Of a DNA stretch of 49,002 nucleotides, positions 25,112 to 33,834 are shown in pieces (within the stretch, counting starts at the first letter, position 1; the number at the start of each line of letters is the position of its first letter). Source of the DNA: Candidatus Kerfeldbacteria bacterium (GTDB lineage: Bacteria > Patescibacteriota > Patescibacteriia > Veblenbacterales > UBA10138); assembly GCA_016217875.1 (NCBI GenBank), contig JACRFN010000042.1:1-49002 (forward strand). The letters run 5' to 3'. The notes below the pieces were generated by a model. That model saw only the letters and a program-made list of their open reading frames with translations. It made no database searches and was not told where the DNA came from. A program made the translations under genes and the position numbers.

Positions 25112-26266
25112 TTACACCAAGACTCGCGGTAATAAAGGATTGATTCTGGTGACTATCTCATAATTAATCGTACCAGTTTTATCGGCCATGTCATCAGCCG
25201 TCAGCTCTCCCCTACCCTGTTTACCTATTAACACCACCTCGTCGCCTACTTTAACATTTTTTAAACCCGTCACATCGGCCATAAAGATATTCATACAAAT
25301 TCTACCAATAACAGGGCAAAGTGTCCCGTGGATTAACACCCGGCCCTTATTGGAAAGAGCACGATCATAACCATCCCAATAGCCCACTGGCATAACAGCC
25401 ATACGCGTAGCCCGCCCCGTGACATAAGTGCGATCATAGCCCACGGCTGTACCAGGGGGCAGGTCTTGCACTTCAATAATCTGGGTTTTCCAAGTCAACG
25501 ACGGCTGCAGTCTAAACCTGTGATGCCGCGCCTGAACAAACTGTCGATTGGCTGCCGAAGGCCACAGGCCATAAAGCCCGATGCCCAGCCGCACTAGAGA
25601 CAGACGCGCTTCAGGCGCGGCGGTTGAGGCGGCAGTGCCGGCTATATGCTGCAGAGTGTCTTGAGGCACCAGCCCACCCGCCTGCTTGATGAACTTTTTA
25701 TAAGTATTGAGCTGTTGTTTAAGAAAAGTCTGGTCACGCGACTCGGCGGTGGCAAAATGAGAGGCAATGCCCTCTAGTTTAAGATAAGGTGAGCGCAAGA
25801 TGTACCTTAGGTAAGACTTAGCCTTATCTATCGAGACACCCAAACGAGCCATGCCTGTTTCAAGTTTCAAATGCACCCGCGCACAGGTTGCGACCTGTTG
25901 GGCTACTTGAGCCAAAGTCTTTAAAGCCTTAAGCTCATATACCATAAACGAAACATTGTGTTTTATCCCGTCTTTAAGCTCTGGCTGGCTTAAGGGATGA
26001 TAATAGCTCAACACCAAAATGGGTAACCTAATGCCCGCCTGACGCAAAGCCATAGCCTCGCGCAAACTGGCTACACCCAGCCAATCAACCTGGCCGGACT
26101 TTTGGGCCACCCGAGCTACCAGCTCTAGGCCATGACCGTAAGCATTGGACTTCACCACCGCAAGCAGTTTAGTGTCAGAACCCAATAAACGACGGTGGGC
26201 ACGGATGTTTGACACCAGTGCCCGCTCAGAAATCTCTACCCAGGAATGCGCTAAGGCCTGCTTCAT
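25112..26266 (-). CDS. alr: Alanine racemase
   Basis: AVVKSNAYGHG (PLP-lysine motif), 384 aa, and a 4-nt overlap with serS. Confidence 0.9.
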   Translation of the reverse strand: MKQALAHSWVEISERALVSNIRAHRRLLGSDTKLLAVVKSNAYGHGLELVARVAQKSGQVDWLGVASLREAMALRQAGIRLPILVLSYYHPLSQPELKDGIKHNVSFMVYELKALKTLAQVAQQVATCARVHLKLETGMARLGVSIDKAKSYLRYILRSPYLKLEGIASHFATAESRDQTFLKQQLNTYKKFIKQAGGLVPQDTLQHIAGTAASTAAPEARLSLVRLGIGLYGLWPSAANRQFVQARHHRFRLQPSLTWKTQIIEVQDLPPGTAVGYDRTYVTGRATRMAVMPVGYWDGYDRALSNKGRVLIHGTLCPVIGRICMNIFMADVTGLKNVKVGDEVVLIGKQGRGELTADDMADKTGTINYEIVTRINPLLPRVLV

Positions 26267-27501
26267 GATACCGACTTGCCAATTAATTCACGGCCTCCCA
26301 TATACGGCCGCAGTACTTCGGGGATGGCTATAGTGCCGTCGGCCTGCTGATAATTCTCCAGAATGGCAATAATGGGACGGTTACTGAATACCGTGCCATT
26401 CAGCATATGTACAAACTCCAACTTACCGTCTTCTTTTTTATAACGGATATTTAGACGACGTGACTGAAAATCAGTAGTCGTGGAGCAGGAGTGAGTTTCA
26501 CGGTATTTATTCTCAGAAGGAATCCAAGTTTCAATGTCATATTTTCTGGCGGCTGGAACGCCCAAATCAGCGCTACACATTTTAACGACTTGATAGGGCA
26601 GGCCAAGCCCCTGCATCAATTTTTCCTCTATTTGCAAAAGCAGCTCATGCTCCCCGTCTGATTCTTCCGGCGTAGTATAAATGACCATTTCCAGTTTGTT
26701 AAACTGGTGCACGCGCAAAATACCTTTGGTATCCTTGCCGTAGGAACCGGCCTCGCGCCTAAAACAGGAAGACCACGCCACGTAGCGCCGCGGCAGAGTT
26801 TTAAGGTCAAATGTTTCGTCCATATGCATGGGACCAACTGACTGCTCGGCGGTGGCCACCAGATAGAGTTTGTCTTCCTTAAGATGGTATGTTTCTTCTT
26901 CACCGCCATGCTCCAAATAACCCATGGCACGCATGGCTCGCTCTCCTATCAACACTGGCGGAATCACCGGCATAAAATCGCGCGGCAACACTTCGTCTAA
27001 ACCGTAACGCACCAGCGCAAATTCTAATAACGCCGCCTCGTTTTTAAGATAACCAAAACGCGAACCGGAAACCTTGCCAGCGCGCTCCATGTCGATCAAA
27101 TCGTGCCTCTGGGCGAGCTCCATATAATCACGCGGCTGAAAAGCAAACTTAGGCGTTTTACCCACCTGGCGCAAAACCTCGTTGTCTGATTCATCCTTAC
27201 CTACTTTTACATCCGGGCGAGGAACATTAGGCAACTCTACCAACAAAGCCTCTAGTTTAGCCGCAGTGGCACTTAACTTGTCTTCCTTAGTCTTAACTTG
27301 AGTTTTTAATTCCCTGGCCGTCTCCCTATCGCCCGCGCCCAAGCCTTTTTGCCGACGCCGCAATTCGTCCACTTCGGTTTGCAAAGCCCGTCGCTCTTCA
27401 TCCAGCTTTAAAATAGCCTTAACATCAGCCTTAACGCCCTTGGCGGCCGCGCCCTTTTGCACTTCCTTTGGATTTTCACGAATGAATTTAATGTCCAACA
27501 T
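26263..27501 (-). CDS. serS: Seryl-tRNA synthetase
   Basis: MLDIKFIRENP start and a coiled-coil arm, plus class II core blocks (FRREAGS, GTVFSNRPIIAILENYQ). The ATG at 27501 is preferred over the TTG at 27516 used by the ORF track. Confidence 0.92.
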   Translation of the reverse strand: MLDIKFIRENPKEVQKGAAAKGVKADVKAILKLDEERRALQTEVDELRRRQKGLGAGDRETARELKTQVKTKEDKLSATAAKLEALLVELPNVPRPDVKVGKDESDNEVLRQVGKTPKFAFQPRDYMELAQRHDLIDMERAGKVSGSRFGYLKNEAALLEFALVRYGLDEVLPRDFMPVIPPVLIGERAMRAMGYLEHGGEEETYHLKEDKLYLVATAEQSVGPMHMDETFDLKTLPRRYVAWSSCFRREAGSYGKDTKGILRVHQFNKLEMVIYTTPEESDGEHELLLQIEEKLMQGLGLPYQVVKMCSADLGVPAARKYDIETWIPSENKYRETHSCSTTTDFQSRRLNIRYKKEDGKLEFVHMLNGTVFSNRPIIAILENYQQADGTIAIPEVLRPYMGGRELIGKSVS

Positions 27502-27650
27502 AGCCCAGTATATCAATCCCAGTAGTAGAACCCTTGGTTCACTACAGGACTTCGCTTCGCCATGTGATTAGGAGAAGCGGAACGAATTAAGTGAGTGGAG
27601 TCCCGTACACAATGCCTGGCATTGTTGTACGGGGTTGTATTACTGGGCAT
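27500..27650 (-). repeat. MITE-like structured intergenic element, copy 2 (151 nt)
   Basis: It aligns with 4812-4971 over its whole length. The TIRs lie at 27633-27650 and 27500-27518. The 5' end overlaps the rdgB stop codon, and the 3' end supplies the AT of the serS ATG. Confidence 0.75.
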
Positions 27651-28266
27651 GGCCTTCTAATTGCTTTAAATAATTATCAAGCTTCATTATAGCGTTTTTT
27701 CGGTGATTTAGGTAATTATCATGATTTCCCTCCACCTCCAATTCGGCGGATGTTTTGCCAAACTGCGGATGATAAAAAATTGTTCGATAAGGATACCCGG
27801 GCTCCAGTTGTCCGCGTGGGGCGCGAGCAATAACACCATCCGCCCTGAATTGGGCCGTGTGAACCTCACCATTCGGCATGGCCAGCGCCACTGCCACCAT
27901 AAAATGAGCGGCACGCTTATCGTCCGGTACGCCCTCCATGCGCTTTAATACTTCGGCCCGGGCTTCTTCATCCGTGGCTTCGCGTTCCTGCGGCCCCCAG
28001 ACACGTCGCGAGTATAAACCAGGCCAACCACCGAGCGCGTCAATGGCCAAGCCGCTGTCGTCTACCAGCGTTGGTAGCCCCGTCAGGTCAAAATAAGCCT
28101 GAGCTTTGAGTTTGGCATTCTCTTCAAATGTTGTGCCGGTTTCAGTTACATCGGCTACCACGCCTAAATCAGATAACGACACTATATCCAAATTGTAACC
28201 AGCTAAAAGCCTGACGAAATTCTTGAACTTGGCCGGATTCTTGGTGGCGATAAGCAACTTGGTCAT
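27640..28266 (-). CDS. rdgB: Non-canonical purine NTP pyrophosphatase (RdgB/HAM1 family)
   Basis: LLIATKNPAKFKNF N-terminal block, 208 aa, and family-typical DDSGL and FxYDP-like blocks. Confidence 0.8.
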   Translation of the reverse strand: MTKLLIATKNPAKFKNFVRLLAGYNLDIVSLSDLGVVADVTETGTTFEENAKLKAQAYFDLTGLPTLVDDSGLAIDALGGWPGLYSRRVWGPQEREATDEEARAEVLKRMEGVPDDKRAAHFMVAVALAMPNGEVHTAQFRADGVIARAPRGQLEPGYPYRTIFYHPQFGKTSAELEVEGNHDNYLNHRKNAIMKLDNYLKQLEGHAQ

Positions 28267-28385
28267 AGTTATTATCTATCCGCTAATTCAAAATCGGAAA
28301 AAACTTGGTTGCCCCGCAACCATCCCGCTGGCCAGCGGGATGAAAGCCAAGCTTTCACTGGGAAGTATGGAAGTTTTTGCCGATT

Positions 28386-28817
28386 TCATAGCGAGCCTAC
28401 TTGCTCAAACCACCACTTAAGTGCCTGGCTGCTACCGGGGGTGAATTTAAATTTCTTAAAATCATTTTTAGTAATCCATTTCCAATCAGAGTTCTCGCGA
28501 CCACCGATAAGCAGCTTACCGCTCAGTATCTTACAGGGATACGTAAGGAGTAATACCTGCACCTCGTGGGTAGGAAACCGCCACAGTACGTTCGCTATCC
28601 AAGGGTTAGATGATAACACTTTAGTTTTAAATCCGGTTTCCTCCCGTAACTCACGCACCATCGCTACTTCAGGCTTCTCACCAAATTCAACCTTACCACC
28701 TGGGCATTGCCACAAACCATGCGGACCTTGGTCGTGTGGTGAGTTCCTTAAACCAATCAAAACCCTATCACCTATCATCACAATTCCTTGGACCACTATT
28801 ACTTGCGTCTTTTTCAT
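28386..28817 (-). CDS. Nudix hydrolase (MutT-like)
   Basis: Nudix box GGKVEFGEKPEVAMVRELREETGF. Confidence 0.85.
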   Translation of the reverse strand: MKKTQVIVVQGIVMIGDRVLIGLRNSPHDQGPHGLWQCPGGKVEFGEKPEVAMVRELREETGFKTKVLSSNPWIANVLWRFPTHEVQVLLLTYPCKILSGKLLIGGRENSDWKWITKNDFKKFKFTPGSSQALKWWFEQVGSL

Positions 28818-28850
28818 AACTTCACTTACAAACCGATTAATGTTGAGTAA

Positions 28851-28882
28851 CTATTCTACTATTCGCACGAATAGTAGAATAG
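28851..28882. repeat. P1 palindrome, second copy, CTATTCTACTATTCGCACGAATAGTAGAATAG
   Basis: It matches 384-415 and shares the same GTAA/TG flanks. A C>T change in the left arm is mirrored by G>A in the right arm. It lies 33 nt upstream of the Nudix start codon. Confidence 0.8.
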
Positions 28883-28892
28883 TGTATCTAGC

Positions 28893-29447
28893 CTACAAAC
28901 CCAAACTGGGAGCGATGTCTTGCATCGCCTTAAGTTCCAAGTCAATTAACTCATCAAGACTTAAACCAATCATTTCCTGGCACTTAGCAATAATTTCCCT
29001 ATTTACCCCAGCGGCGAATGATTTTTGCCCGAACTTTTTCTTGACTGACGAGGCTTTGACTGAGGCTAACTTTTTATCCGGCTGCACCAGGGCGCAGGCT
29101 ACTATTAAGCCTGTTAATTCCTCAGCGCACCATAAAGCCTTTTCTAACCTGGCCTGAGGCTCAAACCCATGCATGTGATTGTGCACGCGCACGGCCTCCA
29201 CCACTTCGGGCGGAAAACCAGCCTCTTTAAGCCAACCAGAACCAACCAGCGAGTGCTGTTCCGGCGTTTTTTCCGTCAGCTCCCAATCAATATCATGCAC
29301 CAGGCCGGTAATACCCCATAACTCTTCATCCTCACTAAATTTACGAGCCAAAGCACGCATAATGGCTTCAGCCGCCAACAAATGATTACGCAAAAATTGC
29401 CCTTGTACCTTGCTCTGCACCAACTGCCACGCCTCATCTCTAATCAT
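28893..29447 (-). CDS. HD-domain (HDIG-type) metal-dependent phosphohydrolase
   Basis: GLVHDIDWE (HD motif) and RVHNHM. The ATG at 29447 is preferred over the TTG at 29471, which lies inside the operator-like repeat. Confidence 0.75.
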   Translation of the reverse strand: MIRDEAWQLVQSKVQGQFLRNHLLAAEAIMRALARKFSEDEELWGITGLVHDIDWELTEKTPEQHSLVGSGWLKEAGFPPEVVEAVRVHNHMHGFEPQARLEKALWCAEELTGLIVACALVQPDKKLASVKASSVKKKFGQKSFAAGVNREIIAKCQEMIGLSLDELIDLELKAMQDIAPSLGL

Positions 29448-29461
29448 AAAACTATTTTCTA

Positions 29462-29479
29462 ATTTAGGCAAATAGGAAA
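29462..29479. promoter_or_regulatory. Operator-like 18-mer ATTTAGGCAAATAGGAAA, second copy, between the arsR-like gene and the HD gene
   Basis: Identical to 29777-29794. It lies 8 nt after the arsR stop and about 15 nt before the HD ATG. Confidence 0.5.
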
Positions 29480-29487
29480 ATACTAAT

Positions 29488-29748
29488 CTAGAGATGCCTT
29501 AGGATGGAACGGGCGACTGATGGCATATTGTCGGCCAGATGATAGTAAACCTGTAAACTCCGACGCTCGTATTCCACAATGTCGGCGGCGCTTAAAATTG
29601 ACAGGTGTTTTGACGTTGTGGGGAACGTCACTTTCAATAAATCCGCCAACTCCCCCACCGCGGCGCTCCGCCGGTGTTTGAGGTGTGATACTATAGCCAG
29701 CCGGCGGCGGTTAGCCAGTGCCTTAAGAATACGCTCGGTAGAACTCAT
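29488..29748 (-). CDS. ArsR/SmtB-family winged-helix transcriptional regulator (86 aa), copy 1
   Basis: LKALANRRRLAIVSHL...VGELADLLKVTFPTTSKHLSIL, the typical ArsR HTH region. Confidence 0.85.
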   Translation of the reverse strand: MSSTERILKALANRRRLAIVSHLKHRRSAAVGELADLLKVTFPTTSKHLSILSAADIVEYERRSLQVYYHLADNMPSVARSILRHL

Positions 29749-29764
29749 ACTACTATCACCTTAT

Positions 29765-29800
29765 AACTACTTTCCTATTTAGGCAAATAGGAAAGTAGTT
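29765..29800. promoter_or_regulatory. 36-nt palindrome (16-4-16), AACTACTTTCCTATTT-AGGC-AAATAGGAAAGTAGTT, upstream of arsR copy 1
   Basis: The 16-nt arms are perfect. It begins 17 nt upstream of the arsR ATG. Confidence 0.6.
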
Positions 29801-29952
29801 CTGAAAGAGAAATTAGCTTGTATTGCAGCCTCGGATGCTAAAAGGTGGCTCCTTAAGAATCCACCCTTAATCCCAGCACCAGCCCCGCCCAGCGGGGCGG
29901 TACGGGACTTCGCTTTTTCTTGCACAAATTGCCAAGCCTGTTCACGGGTCAT
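29779..29952 (-). pseudogene. 57-codon ORF resembling the N-terminus of the neighbouring HD-domain protein (probable gene remnant)
   Basis: The translation MTREQAWQFVQEKAKS..FLRSHLLASEAAIQ parallels MIRDEAWQLVQSKVQGQFLRNHLLAAEAIM of the 28893-29447 protein. The ORF ends inside the palindrome. Confidence 0.45.
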
Positions 29953-29966
29953 ACACCCACTTTTTA

Positions 29967-31088
29967 TTATTCCTCAAGGTATTGAGAATACTCATCAATT
30001 ATACTATCAGTCATGTGTTTTAGTTTCTTCTCTTTTGAAAGTTCAATAACTTGGTCGTATGAAATGTAAGAACAAACTTCTGAAAGTTGACGTCCACCAA
30101 TATCGGCAAAAACTGGTCGATTTATTTGTGCAAATACCGCATCTCTTCGTTCGGTTGGAGCTACAATATGAATCTTAATATTGAGCATTGGTTGTAACGC
30201 GAGCAAGTCAGCCATTCTTAGAATACCTGAATATATTGAAGTGGTATCTTCAACCTCGAATGCTCTCACAATCGTCCGGCGTTGTATCCAAAGAACATCA
30301 ATGTTTCTGATAGTTTTTAATGTTGTGTCATCAAAAACTAAAGGAAGTTCATCTAATAAAATATCTTCTTTAGGTTTCCATATTTCTAAAACTCGCGCTC
30401 TATCGCTGTTGGGGAGCCAGATTTTTAATCCTAGCATTTCTCCAATCTCAGCAAGCTTTGCCTGCACAATTATCGATTTTCTTTTTTCTTCTTCAAAAGA
30501 AGGGGCTGTTTCTATTTGAGCAATTTCCTCTTCATCAGGTACAGATACTGAAACTTCTTTTTTATCGCTAACCCTTATTTTTGGGGTTTTTAGCTTCTTT
30601 ATGTCATCTTCTGAAAAAGGATAATTGATCTGTTTTTGAGCCTGTTCTAACAGAATCTTTTCAAGAAAAACGCAATCCTCCTTTGGCCAATGATGATTTG
30701 GGCTTCCAAAAACGCGCCATGTCCAACTATTATCTGTTTTTGCCAATCCTTTAGTGAAGGATAAGGTATTCCAAATAAAATCTTCACGAAGTGGTATTGC
30801 CTTTTCCAAGGGTAACCAAACAATTGATTTAACATTAAACCTTAATACAAATGGATCATTTTCTTTCGTGAATATTGGTTTATCATCTTGAAAAGGTTTA
30901 CTTATAATTTCAAGAACGCCGACCATTCTTTGTAATTTAATAACATAACAAATAAATCTATCTCCTGGTCCGATATTTTGATTATTTACATAAGTCTTTC
31001 TTGAAATCCTAAACCCGCTTACGTCTTTATTAGAACTTTCAAAAGTCTCCGCGGTTTTGGGTGAAAATAAATCAAGGTAGTAGTTCAT
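29967..31088 (-). CDS. AT-rich gene: PUA/EVE-like N-terminal domain plus PD-(D/E)xK-like C-terminal domain (candidate modification-dependent nuclease, tentative)
   Basis: The N-terminus MNYYLDLFSPKTAETF...GDRFICYVIKLQRMVGVLEI..DPFVLRFNVK has an EVE/PUA-like pattern. The C-terminus NIDVLWIQ..RAFEVEDTTSIYSGILRMADL has a nuclease-like D...ExE pattern. The composition is visibly lower in GC than the neighbours. Confidence 0.4.
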   Translation of the reverse strand: MNYYLDLFSPKTAETFESSNKDVSGFRISRKTYVNNQNIGPGDRFICYVIKLQRMVGVLEIISKPFQDDKPIFTKENDPFVLRFNVKSIVWLPLEKAIPLREDFIWNTLSFTKGLAKTDNSWTWRVFGSPNHHWPKEDCVFLEKILLEQAQKQINYPFSEDDIKKLKTPKIRVSDKKEVSVSVPDEEEIAQIETAPSFEEEKRKSIIVQAKLAEIGEMLGLKIWLPNSDRARVLEIWKPKEDILLDELPLVFDDTTLKTIRNIDVLWIQRRTIVRAFEVEDTTSIYSGILRMADLLALQPMLNIKIHIVAPTERRDAVFAQINRPVFADIGGRQLSEVCSYISYDQVIELSKEKKLKHMTDSIIDEYSQYLEE

Positions 31089-31129
31089 ATCATAATATAG
31101 TCTAGAATATACAGACCGAAGACGTTCCT

Positions 31130-32614
31130 TTACTTACTCCTCATCGGCGGGAAAAGCACGGTTTCGCGGATGGGTTTGTCTACAATAAAGGCGAACAGAC
31201 GCTCGCTGAAGCCGAAACCAGCCGCCGGCGGCATGCCGTAGGAAAGCGCAGTGATAAAGTCCTCATCTGACATCATAGCCTCGCTATCCCCTGCCGTGCG
31301 CAGTTTGGCCTGCTCGGCAAACCTGGCCCGCTGGTCAGCTGGATCGTTTAATTCCGAGAAACCATTACCAAGCTCACTCCCAGCCACGATTATCTGCATC
31401 CTTTGCGTGCGTTCCTGGTTCTTGGGGTCACGTTTGGCCAGCGGACTGACTTCAACCGGATGATTGATAACGAACAAAGGACCAGCGACTTTAGGTCGCA
31501 CCAATTTTTTCCAAAATAAATCAATAAGCCTGCCCACGCCCATTGATTCTTCATAACGTACCTTATGCTTGGCTAAAAGCTTGCGTAATTTTTCAACATC
31601 CATAACACCAGCCAAATCCTCGCCTGATATTTCTTTAATCAATTCAAAATAATCTTTCCTGGGCCATTTGCCTGACCAATCAACTTCCTTACCGTCATAA
31701 GTCGTTTTAAGTCCGCCCGTAACTGATTTCACCAACTGCTGGTACATCTTCTCCGTAAAATCCATCATGTCCTCGTAATCAGCATAAGCCCAGTAAAATT
31801 CACACATGTCATAATCTTGCAAATGTTCGGTATCTACGCCTTCGTTGCGGAATACTTTACCTATTTCAAACACCTTTTCAAATCCACCCACCAGCAAACG
31901 CTTTAAGGGCAGTTCCAGCGAAATGCGCAAGTAAAAATCCTGATCCAGCGCGTCGTGATGCGTGATAAATGGACTGGCGTCAGCGCCACCAGCTATAACC
32001 TCCAGGGCCGGGGTGGATACTTCCATAAATCCGGCTTCGGCTAATTCCTGGCGGGCTGTTTGCCAAAAAATTGATTTCCGACGGAACATCTCTCGCGCCT
32101 CGGTGTCCATCAGCAAATCCACATAGCGCTGGCGCAGTCTGGCCTCCACATCTTTCAACCCGTGCCATTTTTCCGGCAATACTTCTAAACATTTAGCGAG
32201 CGGAGTAACTTGGGTAGCAAATACACTGACTTCGCCCCGCTTGGTTTTGACTACCGGGCCGCTGAACCCTACAATATCGCCCCTGTCTAAAAACTGTAGC
32301 AACTCCCACACTCTTTGGCCGCTACCCTCTTGCACCGCGGCCACCTGCACGGTGCCAGAAAAATCAGACAAGGTGGCAAACCATAGGCTACCATGGGGCC
32401 GCAATGTCATCAGCCTACCGGCCACGGTCACGCTCTTACCCTTAGGTACGCCAGAGCCTTCCAAAACCGGCACACTTTTCTCACCTAGCTTTTTTACTTC
32501 ACTAGCCGTGTGGGTGCGGTGAAAATCAGCCGGGTACAGCTGGAAGCCAAGTCTTTCCCAGGCGGCCAATTTGTCTTGACGGCTTTGTAATTCCTGTTGT
32601 TCACGGGTAGACAT
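31130..32614 (-). CDS. lysS: Lysyl-tRNA synthetase (class II)
   Basis: An N-terminal OB-fold region, FMEVSTPAL, FRNEGVDTEH, and C-terminal GMPPAAGFGFSERL. Confidence 0.92.
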   Translation of the reverse strand: MSTREQQELQSRQDKLAAWERLGFQLYPADFHRTHTASEVKKLGEKSVPVLEGSGVPKGKSVTVAGRLMTLRPHGSLWFATLSDFSGTVQVAAVQEGSGQRVWELLQFLDRGDIVGFSGPVVKTKRGEVSVFATQVTPLAKCLEVLPEKWHGLKDVEARLRQRYVDLLMDTEAREMFRRKSIFWQTARQELAEAGFMEVSTPALEVIAGGADASPFITHHDALDQDFYLRISLELPLKRLLVGGFEKVFEIGKVFRNEGVDTEHLQDYDMCEFYWAYADYEDMMDFTEKMYQQLVKSVTGGLKTTYDGKEVDWSGKWPRKDYFELIKEISGEDLAGVMDVEKLRKLLAKHKVRYEESMGVGRLIDLFWKKLVRPKVAGPLFVINHPVEVSPLAKRDPKNQERTQRMQIIVAGSELGNGFSELNDPADQRARFAEQAKLRTAGDSEAMMSDEDFITALSYGMPPAAGFGFSERLFAFIVDKPIRETVLFPPMRSK

Positions 32615-32683
32615 AATAAGCCTATTCTAGCCAAAAAACCACACTAAAGCAACTACAAAACATCGGGTCATATTATCTACCAC

Positions 32684-33115
32684 TTACTTAAACCTCACTG
32701 GTACTTCCAGGGCGGCATCGTTTTCCGGCAAGCCGGAGGGGTTATCTTTCTTAAACACCAAAGCTCCTGTATTGGTAGCCGGTTGTTTGAATTCTAATTT
32801 AGCCTGAAAATTTACGTGCGCTTTGGACATCCAGTCGCCCTGGGCTTCAGCCAAGGTGGTGCCTAAAATTTTATCATTGGCATCAACCAACAATATCGGA
32901 AACGAAGCTTCCCAAAACCAGGTGCCCAGGGCGCGACCAGTGATAGTTAGTGGACTGGTCAGTAATGTATCTGGCTTGGGCGATTCAACTATCACTGCGC
33001 CCGAGTTGACTGCCCGGCCGGACGATACACCTGTCGAAAACAAACCGCGATTCAAATAGTAAAAACCACCGCCGACCAACAGCAAGAAAATAAACCAAGG
33101 TAAAAAGCGCATCAT
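32684..33115 (-). CDS. Secreted Gmad2-like immunoglobulin-fold protein
   Basis: An N-terminal TM/signal segment, SPLTITGRALGTWFWEASFPILLVDAN, and GDWMS..FQAKLEF blocks typical of Gmad2 domains. Confidence 0.6.
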   Translation of the reverse strand: MMRFLPWFIFLLLVGGGFYYLNRGLFSTGVSSGRAVNSGAVIVESPKPDTLLTSPLTITGRALGTWFWEASFPILLVDANDKILGTTLAEAQGDWMSKAHVNFQAKLEFKQPATNTGALVFKKDNPSGLPENDAALEVPVRFK

Positions 33116-33121
33116 AATGTA

Positions 33122-33166
33122 AGAAAAATAGAATTAAGGAGCGGGCTCCGGGCCTGCTCCTTAATT
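33122..33166 (-). terminator. greA terminator
   Basis: An 11-bp stem AATTAAGGAGC (33132-33142) pairs with GCTCCTTAATT (33156-33166). On the minus strand it is followed by CTATTTTTCTT. Confidence 0.6.
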
Positions 33167-33176
33167 ATAGCTCTTA

Positions 33177-33644
33177 TTATTTGATAGCTACAATTTTATA
33201 CTTGACTACGCCAGCCGGAACTTTGACATCAACCGTATCGCCCACCTTACACCCCAAAAAAGCCTGCCCCAAGGGCGACTCATTGGAAATAAGCCCCTTG
33301 GATGGATCCGCCTCGTTGGAGCCGACAATAGTGTATTGACGCTCGGAAGAATCGTATTTAAGCGTAATGGTGGAACCTACCCTGACAAAGCCGTCAGCCT
33401 GGCCAGATGTAATGACGGCCACGTTCTTGAGCATATTTTCAATTTCAATAATGCGTCCTTCGATAAAGGCTTGCTCATTCTTGGCTTCGGCGTATTCCGC
33501 GTTTTCACTCAGGTCCCCGAGCTCCTTGGCTTCTTGAATACGCCAGGCAATTTCCTTACGTTTAACCGTCTTCAACTCCTTAAGCTCCTCCTTGAGCTTC
33601 TGCAGGCCCTCTTTGGTAACGTAAGCTTGAACATCTACTGACAT
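33177..33644 (-). CDS. greA: Transcription elongation factor GreA
   Basis: MSVDVQAYVTKEGLQKLKEELKELK coiled coil and C-terminal ISNESPLGQAFLGCKVGDTV. The 49-codon N-terminal extension in the ORF track has no GreA counterpart. Confidence 0.9.
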   Translation of the reverse strand: MSVDVQAYVTKEGLQKLKEELKELKTVKRKEIAWRIQEAKELGDLSENAEYAEAKNEQAFIEGRIIEIENMLKNVAVITSGQADGFVRVGSTITLKYDSSERQYTIVGSNEADPSKGLISNESPLGQAFLGCKVGDTVDVKVPAGVVKYKIVAIK

Positions 33645-33834
33645 AAGGTAATGGGGGTACAGCCTAACTTGGCAGCCTACGGGGCCGTAACAAGGAGGCT
33701 GTAATTCACTAGTGTTAGCAATTAAGATAGGGCTAACAATAAAGCTAGATTGAAATGTTGTCAAGATAAAAGAATTAGGCTTAGCTATCAACTTTTTACA
33801 ACTGCCAAGTCTCTATTTCACCTGCCAGGGGGGG

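Noticed and set aside
28309-29157. 282-aa plus-strand ORF
   Set aside because: It is antisense to two minus-strand genes that carry unambiguous Nudix and HD motifs. Its translation is low-complexity, Ser/Pro/Cys-rich, and has no motif. It is a typical shadow ORF.
29881-29915. A possible fourth copy of the MITE-like element, because GGGACTTCGCT also occurs here
   Set aside because: Only an ~11-nt match is present. The TIRs and the other conserved blocks are absent, and the sequence is better explained as coding for ..EKAKSRT.. in the HD-like remnant.
33645-33791. 49-codon N-terminal extension of greA in the ORF track
   Set aside because: GreA proteins start at the coiled coil (MSVDVQAYVTKEG...). 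The extension is hydrophobic and Cys-containing and has no counterpart, so the start was moved to 33644.
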